Below are positions 46,800 to 59,250 of a stretch of DNA of 64,000 nucleotides, in pieces; within the stretch, counting starts at the first letter, position 1, and every line of letters starts with the position of its first letter. The translations under genes and the position numbers were made by a program. The stretch is from Anthoceros angustus (taxonomy: Eukaryota; Plantae; Anthocerotophyta). The DNA lies in assembly GCA_010909165.1 (NCBI GenBank), contig MU008170.1:744001-808000 (forward strand), written 5' to 3'. Below the pieces are notes generated by a model. The model did not search any database. It worked only from the letters and a program-made list of their open reading frames with translations, and was not told the origin of the DNA.

Positions 46800-47773
46800 A
46801 TGGCTCCTCTCCCGTCCTCCATGCTACCACTGCTACTGCACCTGCTCCTGATCGCGGTGGACGTGAAAGCTGCTCCAGGCAGCTGGCAATTGCTAGTCGA
46901 AATGCGGGCATATCAGCGATGCACGCGGCCGTGACCCACCACAACACCGTCGTTCTCCTGGACAGGACCAACATCGGAGCCTCCCCAAATCGCGCTCCCC
47001 AACGGGTGTGCAGGAACAACCCACTGGACCGCAGACTGAAACACGACTGCACCGCCCATTCCGTGGTCCTGGACCTGAACAACAACGGAATCCGTCCCCT
47101 CTTCATTCAGACCGACACATGGTGCTCTTCAGGTACGCCCGGCCCTGCTGCAGTCTGTTGCGCGAGACGTCTTTCAGTTCGTTCAGCTTTCACTCCATCT
47201 CGCATGCTCGTGAACCCATGCACTGATCGCCCACCAATTCTGCGCTGCGCAGGCCAGTTCGTGGGCGACGGCACGCTGGTGCAGACCGGGGGCGACGCGG
47301 ACGGCATCGACAAAATCCGGCTGCTCCCGGCCTGCCCCGGCGGCGGGAGCTGCAACTGGATGGAGAGCAGCCGGATGCGGCTCCAGGAGCCGCGGTGGTA
47401 CGCCACCAACCAGCTGCTCCCGGACGGGCGGCAGATCGTGGTGGGAGGCCGCGGCGTCTTCACGCTGGAATTCGTGCCTCCCGCGGCCAGCCCCGTCCTC
47501 CTCCAGCTCCTCCGCGACTCCCGTGACCCCCAGGCCGACAACCTCTACCCCTTCGTCCATCTCCTCCCCAACGGCAACCTCTTCATCTTCGCCAACGCCG
47601 ACTCCATCGAGTACGACTACAATTCCAACACCGTCCTCCGCCACTACCCCCGCCTCCCTGGCGGCCCTCGCAACTACCCCTCCGCCGGCTCCTCCGCCAT
47701 GCTCTCCCTCCTCCCCCAGGCGCCTGCGGGAGAGTATTCCAAGGTAACAATCCTTCAAATTTCCATCTGCTTC

Positions 47774-47846
<73 letters not shown>

Positions 47847-49800
47847 GCTTTTCCTCTTTCCTTCCAATCTGGTTGTGGGTCTCGTTGTTCTGCTTACTTG
47901 TGGGTCGTGTTGTTCTGCTTACTTGTGGGTCGTGTTGTTCTGCAATTGTGGGTCGTGTTGTTCTGCCTCTGGGTCTCGTTGTTCTGCTTAATTGTGGGTC
48001 GTGTTGTTCTGCAATTGTGGGTCGTGTTGTTCTGCCTCTGGGTCTCGTTGTTCTGCTTAATTGTGGGTCGTGTTGTTCTGCTTGTGGGTCTTGTTGTTCT
48101 GCTTGTGTCCGGCGTGTTGTTCTGCTTAGTTGTGGGTCGTGTTGTTCTGCTTGAGGGTCTTGTTGTTCTGCTTGTGACTGGTCGTGGTGTTCTGTGGGTC
48201 GTGCGGACATCTGCTTGTGGGTCGTGTTGTTCTGCTTGTGCGTCGTGCGGACGTCTGCTTGTGGGTGGTGTTGTTCTGCTTGTGGGTGGTGCGGATATCT
48301 CCTTGTGGGTGGTGTTGTTCTGCTTGTGGGTCGTTCTGTCCGGTTGTGGGTCTCGTTGTTCTGCTTTTGGGTCTCGTTGTTCTGCTTTTGGGTTTCGTTG
48401 TTCTGCTTTTGGGTCTCGTTGTTCTGCTTTTGGGTCTCGCAAGTTGTTCTGCTTTTGGGTCTCGAAAGTTGTTCTGCTTGTTCTTATGTTTTTCTTCTTC
48501 CCTTGTGTTTCCTTCAATCTGCTTGTTCGTGTTGCTTTTTTCTCTTCTCTTCTTGTCTTCTGTCGTCTTCTTGTTCTTCAGGGTTTTCTTCTCCGATCCA
48601 CGCTTCCAATCTTCTTCTCCTTGTGTTTCTTCTTCTGCCCAAGAAGCTGTTTTATCTCCACTTCGAATCCCCACTCCCTGTTTTTCTTCTGGTCAACAAA
48701 GCTTCGTAGGAACTCGCATGGCATGAAGATGCTTCCAACTTCGTCTTGCCTTTCTTCTTCCTTTGCTATCTTCATAGGAACTCGTATGACAGGAAGAATG
48801 CCTCCAACTTCTTGTCTTGTCTTGTCTTCTTCTTCTGCTTCTTTCTTCTTGTCCGAGGACCCAATGTGCTTCCAACTGTTTCTTCTTCTGCCCGACAAAA
48901 CACCATAGGAGCCGCTTTGACATGACCACTGCTTCGAACCTCCTCACTCACACTCCTGCTCCTTGCCAATCACCTAACTACACCAATCCTGTCCCCGGCG
49001 CTGCCGCTTGCTGCTGCCCACAGGCTGAGATCTTGATCTGCGGAGGAGCCCAATACGGCGCGTACCAAAGAGGCGACCCCACGGCCCCGGCGACGCAGAC
49101 CTGCGGCCGGATCGTGGCCACGGACGGGGACGCCGCCTGGGAGACGGAAACAATGCCGCTGCGACGAACCATGGGGGACATGGTGCTGGCACCCACAGGC
49201 GAGGTGGTGATCATCAACGGCGCACAAACAGGATCCCAGGGCTGGGGCAACGCAGCCCAGCCGGCATTGAATCCCGTCCTCTACTCCCCAAACAACCCAC
49301 CAGGAGCTCGCTTCACGATCCAAGCCGCATCCCCCATTCCCCGCATGTACCACAGCACAGCCAACCTGCTCCCGGACGCGCGCATCCTCATCGCCGGCTC
49401 CAACACCCACGAAACCTACACGTTCCAAGGCCCGTTCCCGACCGAGCTCCGGATCGAGGCCTTCTCCCCCGGCTATCTCCACGGCCAGAGGCCGGATATC
49501 CGAGCCACCGTCTCAAGCATCGCGTACGGAACGGAGTTCCGGGTCACCGTTGCCTCGCCCACTGCGGGCCTGGAGCTAGCTTTGCTCAGCGCGCCTTTCG
49601 CCACGCATTCCTTGTCCATGGGACAACGTTCCGTTACGCTCGCCGTCGTCTCCTCCGTTGCGGCTGGCCCCGGCGTGTGGGAGCTCGCGGCCCAGGCCCC
49701 GCCATCCGCATCCGTCGCGCCCTCGGGGTACTATATGCTCTTCGCTGTCTCGCGCCCGGAAGGCGTCTCAAGCCGAGCCGCCTGGGTCCATGTCGCCTGA
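46800..49800 (+). CDS. Secreted glyoxal/galactose oxidase-like copper radical oxidase (AA5, GLOX). Exons 46800-47132, 47253-47743, 49024-49800
   Basis: Signal peptide MAPLPSSMLPLLLHLLLIAV, then AGISAMH, DCTAHS, TDTWCSSG, RWYATNQLLPDGR, NLYPFVHLLPNGNLFIFAN, RNYPSAGS, RMYHS, PTELRIEAFSP and FATHS. Exon 1 of this copy has 1-nt indels relative to the 40097 copy. Confidence 0.9.
47774..48480. repeat. (TTG)n microsatellite (~24 units) grading into a degenerate ~21-nt GTTGTTCTGCT minisatellite in GLOX intron 2
   Basis: Directly visible. Confidence 0.92.
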
Positions 49801-49843
49801 CTTTGCTCGGAGCTGAGAGCTGAGTGCGGCGGGGAAGCGGGAG

Positions 49844-51528
49844 ATGGCTCATTCGTTCGCGCTGCCGGTCCTGAATCTCGGGAGCGCGCCGTGGTCTGGG
49901 AGTCGGGGAAGGAGCAATGTAAGGCTGCTGCATTCTCGGACTTGGAGGAATTTGAAATGCTCGGATCGATCGTTGCGGGTGCCGTGCAGGGTATGCTGTG
50001 ATGTAGGAGGGAAGGAGATGGGATTGGAGATGGTGGGCGGTAGGGTAGAGGAGCCAATTGGGAACGCCTTTTGTGGGTTCGGCCTGTCTGGACGAGAAGT
50101 GTTAGGTCGTGAAGTTGGGTTGTTTACCCGAGCTCGGGGAATTGATGGGCAGCAAGGTGGGGGTGGAATGTTTGTGGAGGTTTTGAGGCTGGTGGAGCTT
50201 CGGATGGTTCTGGTGGATGGAAGGGGTGTTCTGAGTTTGGCGCTCTCCGCAGGAGGCTTCACTGTGTTCGTCTGCTTTTTCTTTGAGGTGTTTATTATAC
50301 CGGCACTGGTTGCGTTGGTTGGGCCCCTACTGCTGTTGCCCCTGGTGGTGGTTCTCTTCTGTGTGGGGCTGTGTGTGCTTGTTTGGAGCTTACGCACACT
50401 CGTTGGGGTGGTGCGGTTTCTCTGGAAGGCAAGGGCTGGGAGACCCACTGTACTGAAATTTCAGGTCACTTACCTTTTGTGTTCGTTATCTTCACAGCTT
50501 AGATGACCTAGTTTTAAAAACCTTTTGTGTTATCTTCACTGCTTGGATGACCTAGTTGGAGGACAATGCTGTGTGTAGCTAGTTGTTGATTTTTCTTGGT
50601 CGCAGGTGGGGCTGATGGGGAGAATTGATACTTTAGAGCTCGAAGTGAAACATCTGTTTAATGCATTTGCTGAGCCTCATCACATGCTGACAGGTATTTC
50701 ATTTTGGGAGCTGTGTTGTGATGTCGCTTTTCCCATGTGTGCAGAAAGTACAGAGGGTTTCAGAGGGTTTATGAAGTTGAAAGTGGTTTCATTTTGGGAG
50801 CACCTGGCTTGTGCTGCAGATGCCGTTATTGCGCTTCTTAGGTACTCAGACTACTTCATTGCTGCCGATCATTCGGTACTGAACTGTGCTCCTCTGCTCG
50901 TCCCAGAGAATTTTACCTGTCTTGCAGACATTAATTCTTTTCAACCAGGTTCATCTGCTGCTTGCTAGCAATAAACAAAACCGACCGTTACCGTCCTGGC
51001 AGGTGTACAGAAATAAGAACATGGCAGCAGTCGAGGAGAAGTTCACATACTATTCTCTTGAGGAGCGGGGAATGAGGGATGAGGCATGGGAAGAGTTTCG
51101 GCCTTCGGGATTCCGATCAGGATATCAACCGCCCAGCGGCGAGGATGAGAGATTCCGGCATCTTGTGGTGAGCTATCCCGCAAGAACTCGTTGCCGCCAG
51201 TGGACTAAAGTTTTCCACCACGATGTTTTTTCATATTTCTTCTGCAGGTGACTGTAGTTGTAGTGGCCAAAGGCAACCGGAAACTTGTTGAGATGAAGGA
51301 GGCCAAAGACATCGAGGAAAACCTCAAGCAGCTAGGATGCATCAAAGCGGATGCAATTCAGGTAAACCTCTCAATCTTTTTGCATACTCACCAGACGCCC
51401 AATTAGGCATTTCGGCTGTTGCCTAAGGAAGCTCATCGCTCTGGATGCAGAATGTGGGCGTGTTTTGCACACCATTCAGTGATCAATTCAAGATGGCCTT
51501 GAAGTATCCGAACCTGAAATACTACTAG
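49844..51528 (+). CDS. DUF1517/FLAP1-like plastid membrane protein. Exons include 49844-50464, 50606-50693, 51003-51167, 51248-51361, 51451-51528; middle small exons uncertain
   Basis: Transit-peptide-like N-terminus and a hydrophobic TM segment, then FQVGLMG, AVIALLRY, FTYYSLEERG, HLVVTVVVVAKG, LKQLGCI and FCTP..LKYP. These match DUF1517 motifs LQVGLLG, LALLRH, SIEERGK, IVVTILVAA and LWTP. Confidence 0.75.
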
Positions 51529-51951
51529 CGCAACTTCTTTCTCACGGTATTTTCATAACAATGAATTCAGTTTCCGAGAGACTTCAGACTGACACATGTA
51601 CAAAGCTGTGCCACATAAATCTAAATTGCTTTCTATTTCTCGTCAATTGGCTGATATTCAGTTGTCACTGTACGTCTGACAGTCTGTACGGAATAACGTC
51701 AAACCCTAAAAAACTTGGCCTATATATGTACTGGAAAGGGGAAGATCGTCACTCCCAACCAGGACCCCTGATTAGAAGCTGCAGGCCCAGGCGCCTGGAT
51801 TTCCTGGTAACAGCGGTGCAGATGTATTTAAGACACAACGCAAGTGTATTCGAGCCTACATGTGTTTTGCCCTTGACATTGGTAGACCCATATTCCTACA
51901 CTTGCATTCCAAGTCTTCGTTGGAAAAGAAGGGTGATGACGTGTTTCTGCG

Positions 51952-53325
51952 ATGGCTTACGAAGGAGGCTATGGCAGGAAAGGCAGGCCTGGTGGGTGGT
52001 CGGATTTCACGCGCCTGCATCGCAGCGCAGGAGCAGCAGCGAGAGATGAAGATGATTTTCCATCCCTGGGGAAAGCTTTGGGCGATGGCAGTAGGAGGGC
52101 AGGTTCAGCGCAGGAGTCTGAGACCTTTGCAGCAGTGGCAGGGAAGGGAGTTCTTGCTCCCAGACAGAAGCATTACGATGCAAGGAAGAGGCACGAAGAT
52201 GAAGAGGCGAGCTTGGACCAGGAAGTGGAAGCAACAGCGGAAGCCCACGAGGCAGCTTTCGCGAATTTGAGCTTGCGCTACCCCTGGGCGGAGGGCAGCC
52301 TGTTGCAAGATGTCTTGGCTCAATTCGGGGGCGATGAAGAGATGGGTGCTGCGTATCTCCACTCCATGGCGGAAACCGAAACCTCGCACTCCGCTCCCGC
52401 AGGCACCCATAGCCCACCAGGACAAGCAGAGCCCGAGGCATCACAGCGGGAGGATGTGTACTGGAAGCACCGGAGGGAAGCCATCCGAGCTACCAGGTAG
52501 GGTGAATCCAGCAGCCGCACCCGCTGTTTTCATTTTGTGGGCGGTAAGGATAAGCCTCTGTCGTGGGTGCAGAGATCTAACCAACTGCTCCTGTTGTTGA
52601 AATCAGGGCGAGCCAGAAGCTGGGTCGGGGAGCAGCCAATGCCTACTCCGCCGGCCAGCACAGCACAGCCAAGATGCTGTCTGCGGAGACGAGGAAGCAG
52701 CGGGCGCTAGCCAAGGAGCTGAACCAGCAAGCAGCCCAGTGCATCTTCCGAGAAGTGAATCCCCATGGGCAGGCGCAGCTGTGGAGCCTGGATCTCCATG
52801 GGTTGCACGCTTCCGAGGCCGTGGCAGCCGTCGAGACCCGGTTAGCAGAGATGGAGAGCCTGCTGGCCACGAATCCGGCGGCAGCTCTGTCTCCCAGACG
52901 CTTGGATTCTGACCATCGCCCTCCTCGCCAGGTGGCCGCCAAACCGCGGAGGGTTCCAAGGCAACTGAAGATCATCACAGGTCGGTATTACCTGCCTAAT
53001 CCCGTCATTTCCCTTTCCACTGATGCAGGAAAGGCCAGTCGTGATTAACCGAATGCTGTCCACTGTTCTTTGCAGGAGTTGGAGCACACAGCAAGGGCGG
53101 TGCTTCCATCCCGTTTGCCGTCAAGAAGTTTCTGCTCGACAACGAGTAAGCACGACCGACCCGTCTCTCTTTCCGCCTGCTATTCTGAGAATTTTCACGG
53201 TACTGCCATTCCACAGGCCAGCTGCTGAAGAGACGCAACTGGGCCTGTACCTCTGCAGGTACAGATTCGAGGCACCTCGGGATGGCGTGTTCAGCGTTCG
53301 ACCGAAGGCTCGGTACCGAACATGA
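51952..53325 (+). CDS. Smr (small MutS-related) domain protein with DUF1771-like segment. Exons 51952-52496, 52607-52980, 53076-53145, 53259-53325
   Basis: DVYWKHRREA, AKELNQQAAQCIF, LDLHGLHASEA and LKIITGVGAHS. Splice phases are consistent. Confidence 0.88.
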
Positions 53326-53519
53326 CCCAAAGGGATTAGTGTACCATATGTACATGTCTATATGTATAGAGTGCTTTATGTATCTACACATGGGCACATT
53401 TATGTCTATCTAGCTATTTGTTTATGTACATAAAGTATTATATATACATTTATTTTTATTAAAATCTATAGTATTTTTTACAAGTTCTATATATGACACC
53501 TTTAAACTATCGAATTGCA

Positions 53520-53790
53520 CCCTCTAATTCTGGCAAATGCCCTGAATTGCACCCTCTAATTCTGGCAAATGCCCTTCTCTATGAGCTCTGTCCATAACAT
53601 GTGCCCATAGCATGTTCAATCTATGAGCGTTATTCATAATATATCCAACATTCGAAGGCCCATAGTATGTCCAATCTATGAGTGTTGTCCATAGCATGTC
53701 CAATATCCCAAGGTCCATAACATGTTCAATATCCGAAGGCCCATAACATGTTCAATATCTGAAGGCCCATAACATGTTCATTATCCAATG
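53520..53790. repeat. Degenerate short tandem repeats
   Basis: ccctctaattctggcaaatgccc twice; ccataacatgttcaatatc..aaggc several times. Confidence 0.7.
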
Positions 53791-55211
53791 TCCTTCTTAA
53801 GTATTATTCATATTGTGTTCTACGCTTTGATGTCTTTCTTCCTAAGTATTATGTATAGTGTGTTCTCTTCTCCTTTAGTAATTTTCATAGCATATTCCTT
53901 GATGCCCTTTCCCCTAAGCACTGTCCATAGTGTGTTCCATGTTCTTTTTCTTCAGCACTGTGCATAGAATGTTCCTTGTGCCCTTCTCCTCTTGAAGCAA
54001 TGTTTGTAGCATATTCCCTGAACATTGTTCATAGCATATTTCTCAACGCGTTGGTCAAATATTTAAGAATATGCAATGAACAACTTCATGTTAAAAGTTG
54101 TCAAAAGTTGTTTGACGTCTTCCTGAGAAAGTGACCTAATGCCCTCCATGATCTTGGAGACCTACTACAGGAGTTGTTGAGGAAGCATCATGTTTAAAGT
54201 CACATGTACATATATATCCACGTATAGACTCAAGTTTGCATGCATCTTAAGGACAATGACAACCGCTAAAAATATATCCTCAACAGCTCTAACAAGTACT
54301 AAAGATGTATCTCAATAGCTCTAAAAATATATCCTCAACAGCTCTAACAAGTACTAAAGATGTATCTCAATAGCTCTAACGGAACTATAGATGTATGTTC
54401 GAGAGTTTAGTAGTAAACATACCTTCCTTGTTCTCATGATCATAATAGTTTATGAAACTGTTCTATAATCTCTGCAAGGTAGATTTTTTTTCTCTAATAT
54501 ATGAAATGCACTACCTACATAGCTGAAAGGATTTGTGGCCTGGTATGTAGAGACACAGATCTTGTACACATCTTCCATCTTGTACACAAAAAACAAAATC
54601 CCATGCCCTGATCTTGTACCTCCTACGAGTACGTCATCCTCGAAGGGTCGGGGCCGGCGGGGGTAGGGGTCAACGGTGGAGGTGGGCAGGGCTCCCCTGT
54701 TGGAATCCACGGGGCCCATGTTCCGGGCGAGGTGAAGGGAAGAGAGGGTGAGCCTGTCTATCTCAGGCCTACTTGTACATCCATTTTCTGATAAATCCCG
54801 GGTGGGCAGGCCGGGGTTGGGTGCATGCCCATTGCCCATTGCCCATTGCCCATTGCCCATTGGGCCGAGGGGCCCGTGTTTCAGATGCCTGAGACTGAGA
54901 GCCAAGCTGGGCCCCTCGCGCCGGGCCCTGCCCCGGCCCCGCCCTTGACTTGCAACATAGCTGTCAGAGGAGCTAATTCTGGTGGCCTTCGATGCTATCA
55001 TATTCCAACAAGCCAAGTGGGAGATTTGGAAAGCCTTCCCCTTCCCATTTAAGCCCCGACAGATTCCCAACCCGTTTCCCTCCTGCTGTTGCTGCGCTGT
55101 CTCGGGGGCACGGAATGCGGCTACTGGACTGCACCGGGTAGCAGCACCCGCTGCTCTACGAGCACCTCGGCAGGTTTGGAATTCCTGGTTTGTTGGGTTT
55201 CGGAAACCAAG

Positions 55212-55812
55212 ATGGCGGGCTGGTGGAAGAGCTGGATCTCGGCCTGCGCCCTGCTGGGCTGCCTGGTTGTGGTGGTGGGCGGTAGCGAGCTGGGCTGCCT
55301 CTCCACCTACGATCCCGCCACCAATTACTTCAGCTACCTCACGGGGAACGTCACCGGCCAGGCCTTCGTGCTGCCCATCAATCTCACCATCGTTGATACT
55401 GCTAACGACTTTGCTGTCTCCTACGGGCCTTCCTGGAAGATCGCCAGGAATTCCCTCCGCGGCGCCAACTACCTCTTGAGCCAGGTCTGTTTGTGGTGCA
55501 CCATGTGGATTCTCTTCTTGTCTGGGTTTGGTATGGCTGTCCCGGATTTTGGAATTTTCCTTGCTTTGGTGCAGTGCGGAGCTCCTGCGCCCAACAAGCT
55601 GCAGCTCGGCCTCAACAGCAGCTCGCTGCAGTTCCAGATCCCCGTCGGGAACTACAGCATCGACTCCGACATTCCTGGTACTTGCCATTGCCGAATCTGC
55701 TCTGCGTCCAGACAGGGGATAAGTGCTGCTGCCCTTTTCCTTTCGTGACCCTCTGACATGTTGCGTGTGCTGTGAATCTGGTGCAGTGGCCTACTTGGAG
55801 GTATGGAACCCG

Positions 55813-55853
<41 letters not shown>

Positions 55854-57577
55854 TGTGGGTGTTTTTTGACCTGCGCGCTTGCAGCTACTGGGGGGGTTGA
55901 ATGCCTTGGCGGGAATCGACAGCAGCGCGCAGATCTCGTCCCCGTGCCTGCAGCAGTACGTCACTCAGGGCCTGGTACAGTCCATCAACGCCTCCGACCC
56001 TAGCGTGACGAACCAGTACACCGCGCTCTTCACCTCCCCCTATGTGGGAGCGCCTGCCGACAACAGGACCAACCTCGTGCTGTTTGATGCCACGCTCGAC
56101 CCGGGGCCTTTGAAGGTGTGCCTTCTATCTGCTGCTATCTCTTTGACCAGTTCTGTTGAGACGGACGTGGGGAAGACAGTTTTCATCTTGCCTTCTGCTG
56201 TGGGTGGCTGTTTTTGTAGCGTGCAGAATGGATCAAGTTCATCGCCACGTTTCTCAACCTGGAAGGAAGGGGATACCTTGTTTATGAGACTGTGAGACTC
56301 CTCCTCTCTCCGTCCATGCCTGTGCCGATCGTAAGGTTGTCTGCATGGAGTTGTTCATGTCATCGATGCGTTGCCTGCTTGGTGCTCACAGATCCGACAG
56401 ACCTACCAGTGCCTGAACGGGTCCATGAGCAACTCCTCCGCCAAGCCAACTGTGGCTTGGATGAACTACTACAGCGTGAGTGTGACCCACCTGTATTTCC
56501 CCGACTCTAAGCTGCTACGAGAGTTCCTTGCAACTGGTGGATAATCCCAAACATACTTCTTGCTGTGGCAGGATGTGTGGACGCTGGAAACCCCTTCCTA
56601 TAAGCTGCAGGTATCCCTTCTTCCGTGCCTCCTGAGCAGCGTTTCTTCATCGCCAGCCTACTGGATGATCGTCACCCACTAATGCTGGGACCTCTCGATC
56701 CAGCTTGTTTCGGATGCAGGTGGTGTGAACCTGAACGCCAGCCAGTCTACATACAACATGACGAAGCCAGCAGACGTGCTTGCTTTCCACAACATACTTA
56801 AGGTACTGCTCTCTTCGCGACATCCACATGGTGCAAGGGAATTGCAAAGACGAAAAACAAGGATCTTTACAGACACTTACTCGTGGAGGGATTGCTTCAA
56901 TGCCACGTCCAGACACTGAACGTCATCCTGGACGACTCGTACGCACCGTCCCCGGCGGACTACAAGTTTGCCAACTTCTGCAGCAATGCCAACATCAGCA
57001 TCAACGACCCATCGTACCCTTTCCTTGTCAACCAGAGTGTGTGGCGGAACGACAAGCGACTGGGAGACTCTCTGGGTTTAGGTCAGCTCGTCGTTGCCGT
57101 GTTCATCCATGTTCGAAAGAGTCTGCATTTGCATCAGTTTCTTGATTCTGTTGTCAAATGGGCGGTGGGCAGATTGGTTTGAAGGTGCAGTGGCCCAACC
57201 ACAGATCGTGCTACACGATCTGTTGGGGATATTCTATCCCAGCCTCAAGTACGGAGTGCCCTACTACTTCCGAAACATTGCCAAGGTATGTGTACATCAA
57301 TCAGCTCTGTGGCCGAGGCGCAGCCCTCTTCACATTTGCTTCATTTCCACTGACTGGGTGACTGACTTGCCGCCCATTCTGCTGTGCCCAGGACGAAGCT
57401 GTTGTGACGACATCATCTGAGGGCTGCACAAGGAAAAGCAACGAAGCTTTGGACCCGACTGTGTTTGCTTGTCCGGTGACCACCAAAAAGAACGGTGCCG
57501 TTTCCAGTGCTGCTGTTCCCAGTCTGCTTGGCCTCCTCCTGGCTTCCACTTTGCTCCTTGGTATTACGGTTGGATGA
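55212..57577 (+). CDS. Periplasmic-binding-protein fold (BtuF/CBA1-like) protein with signal peptide and GPI signal; 11 exons, 460 aa
   Basis: Exons 55212-55484, 55575-55677, 55787-55800, 55885-56115, 56220-56291, 56392-56475, 56572-56610, 56704-56802, 56913-57081, 57173-57285 and 57392-57577 splice in frame (1383 nt). Motifs: YLLSQCGAPAP, PLKRAEWIKF, PTVAW, DAGG, VWRNDKR, DWFEGAVAQPQIVLHDL, YFRNIAK. C-terminus NGAVSSAAVPSLLGLLLASTLLLGITVG. Confidence 0.85.
55816..55848. repeat. (TGC)n microsatellite in an intron
   Basis: Directly visible. Confidence 0.9.
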
Positions 57578-58639
57578 GATGAGTTTTTCTTGTACGTCTG
57601 TTAAATTATGAAAAGTACTTCCGGTGGAATCAAATCCCCTCCTCTTCCGTTTTTTGCCACTTCTGGGCGGTGGCACAGTATGTACGAAGAGGAAGTGGAT
57701 GACCTCATGTGGTGTTTCGCCTTGCATTGTACCCTATTATTGCTTTGGCTTTTGTCATGATGTCACCATGCAAGCTCATGTAAGCACCCCTTCACTCGGT
57801 GTGATAATCCATTATTCAAATTTTGGTATGATACCCAAGGCAGTTAAAGCGAAAAACCTGTCCACCTGTCCTTGTGTGAGTTGCTGCTCCTAGGATTCTT
57901 ATTATTAGGATGGGGGAATAGGCAGAAGGCTGATGTGGCCTCATTCATGAGCCCGCTTTATGGCCTCCGGATATGATACCGTTTTGGGAACTTAGGATTA
58001 AGATACGGCTAAACTATGCTTGATTGTGCTATTATAACTGACCAGCTAATTTTTTGCAGCATGCTTCCTTTGAATGAATAGAGGATTGAGTTAGCTTATG
58101 AGTTGAAATGGAGGAGTGAACTTATGAGTACAAGGATCCAGTAGCGTACATATACATGGGTATGTGACAAGCCAAGAAGGCCGCGCATACCGGTTTAACC
58201 TCCTTGTTCTTAGTCTTCTAGGCTAGACGTTAGGCTTTCCAGTTTTACTCAAGGTTCGTTGGGAGTTATTTCCTTTTTACAGTATTTATCCTAGTTTTAT
58301 GGGTGTTATTCTAATCATCTGCTATTCACCTAATTGTCCATCAATTACCTATTTATCAGCTATTATTCTAACCATCTACCTAGTCAGCTGGCATTAACTC
58401 ATCATTATTGGATCGGGAAATCGGTACTTTTGGTTTTCTGCGGTTCCCGTTGCTCGAGCGTGAAGACTGTGAGCAACTTCGGGTCCGAAACTGTTGGGCT
58501 ATGGAGGTCGCGGGATGGCCATTGGCCCGCGACCATTTCATTCTCCCCCACATGGCGAGGTTGGGTCCTCTTGGCCTGTGCAAACCTAGCACTTGTAGGA
58601 GGGTTGTGACCCCCACTCCTATATGGGGAGAAGACACCC

Positions 58640-59250
58640 TACCCGGGTGTGGTTGCTATGTGTAGAGTGAGTTGACGTTGCCCCAACTATGTGAGGGGGC
58701 TTGGGGGTGTGAAGAATTGTGTGGTTTGTGCTTTGGATATCAGTATCCGGGTGTGGTTGCTATGTGTAGAGTGAGTTGAGGTTGCCCCAACTATGTGAGG
58801 GGGCTTGGGGGTGTGAAGAATTGTGTGGTTTGTGCTTTGGATATCAGTATCGATACTGGTAACCTGCCAAATAAGAGTCTCATGGGACAGAACCTATTGT
58901 ACTTAGTGACTATGGAATAGGTGTGGCCACTAGAGGGCTATCTTGGGGGTCCCAAGGTCTACCTCCCACAGTCGTGATTGCCAACTCCGACCGAGGAGGC
59001 TAGGTCCTACAATTGTTTGTTGCTAGTTGTAGGTCCTGGGGCGATGATTCGACGTAGCAGCGCGGGAGCGGCATAGCTGCTACCCGAGTTGGTGATTGAG
59101 GATGCCCCAATCGTGGGAAGGCATTGGGAAAGGAATAGTAGGAATCATGGGGTGGATGATCGACGGCTGGCGCTTACCCGACAGGATTGAGGATGCCCCA
59201 ATCGTGGGAAGGCATTGGGAAAGGAATAGTAGGAATCATGGGGTGGTGAA
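58640..59250. repeat. Two pairs of direct repeats (~96 bp at 58642/58747; ~89 bp at 59096/59186)
   Basis: ccgggtgtggttgctatgtgtagag... twice; ttgaggatgccccaatcgtgggaagg... twice. Confidence 0.8.

Noticed and set aside
47755-48908. Long ORFs on both strands (poly-L, poly-N, poly-T, AEQHDPQ repeats)
   Set aside because: They are produced by stop-free satellite DNA inside a GT-AG intron.
54450-55688. 412-aa minus-strand ORF
   Set aside because: It is antisense to the well-supported CBA1-like exons and a GC-rich promoter, with no domain.
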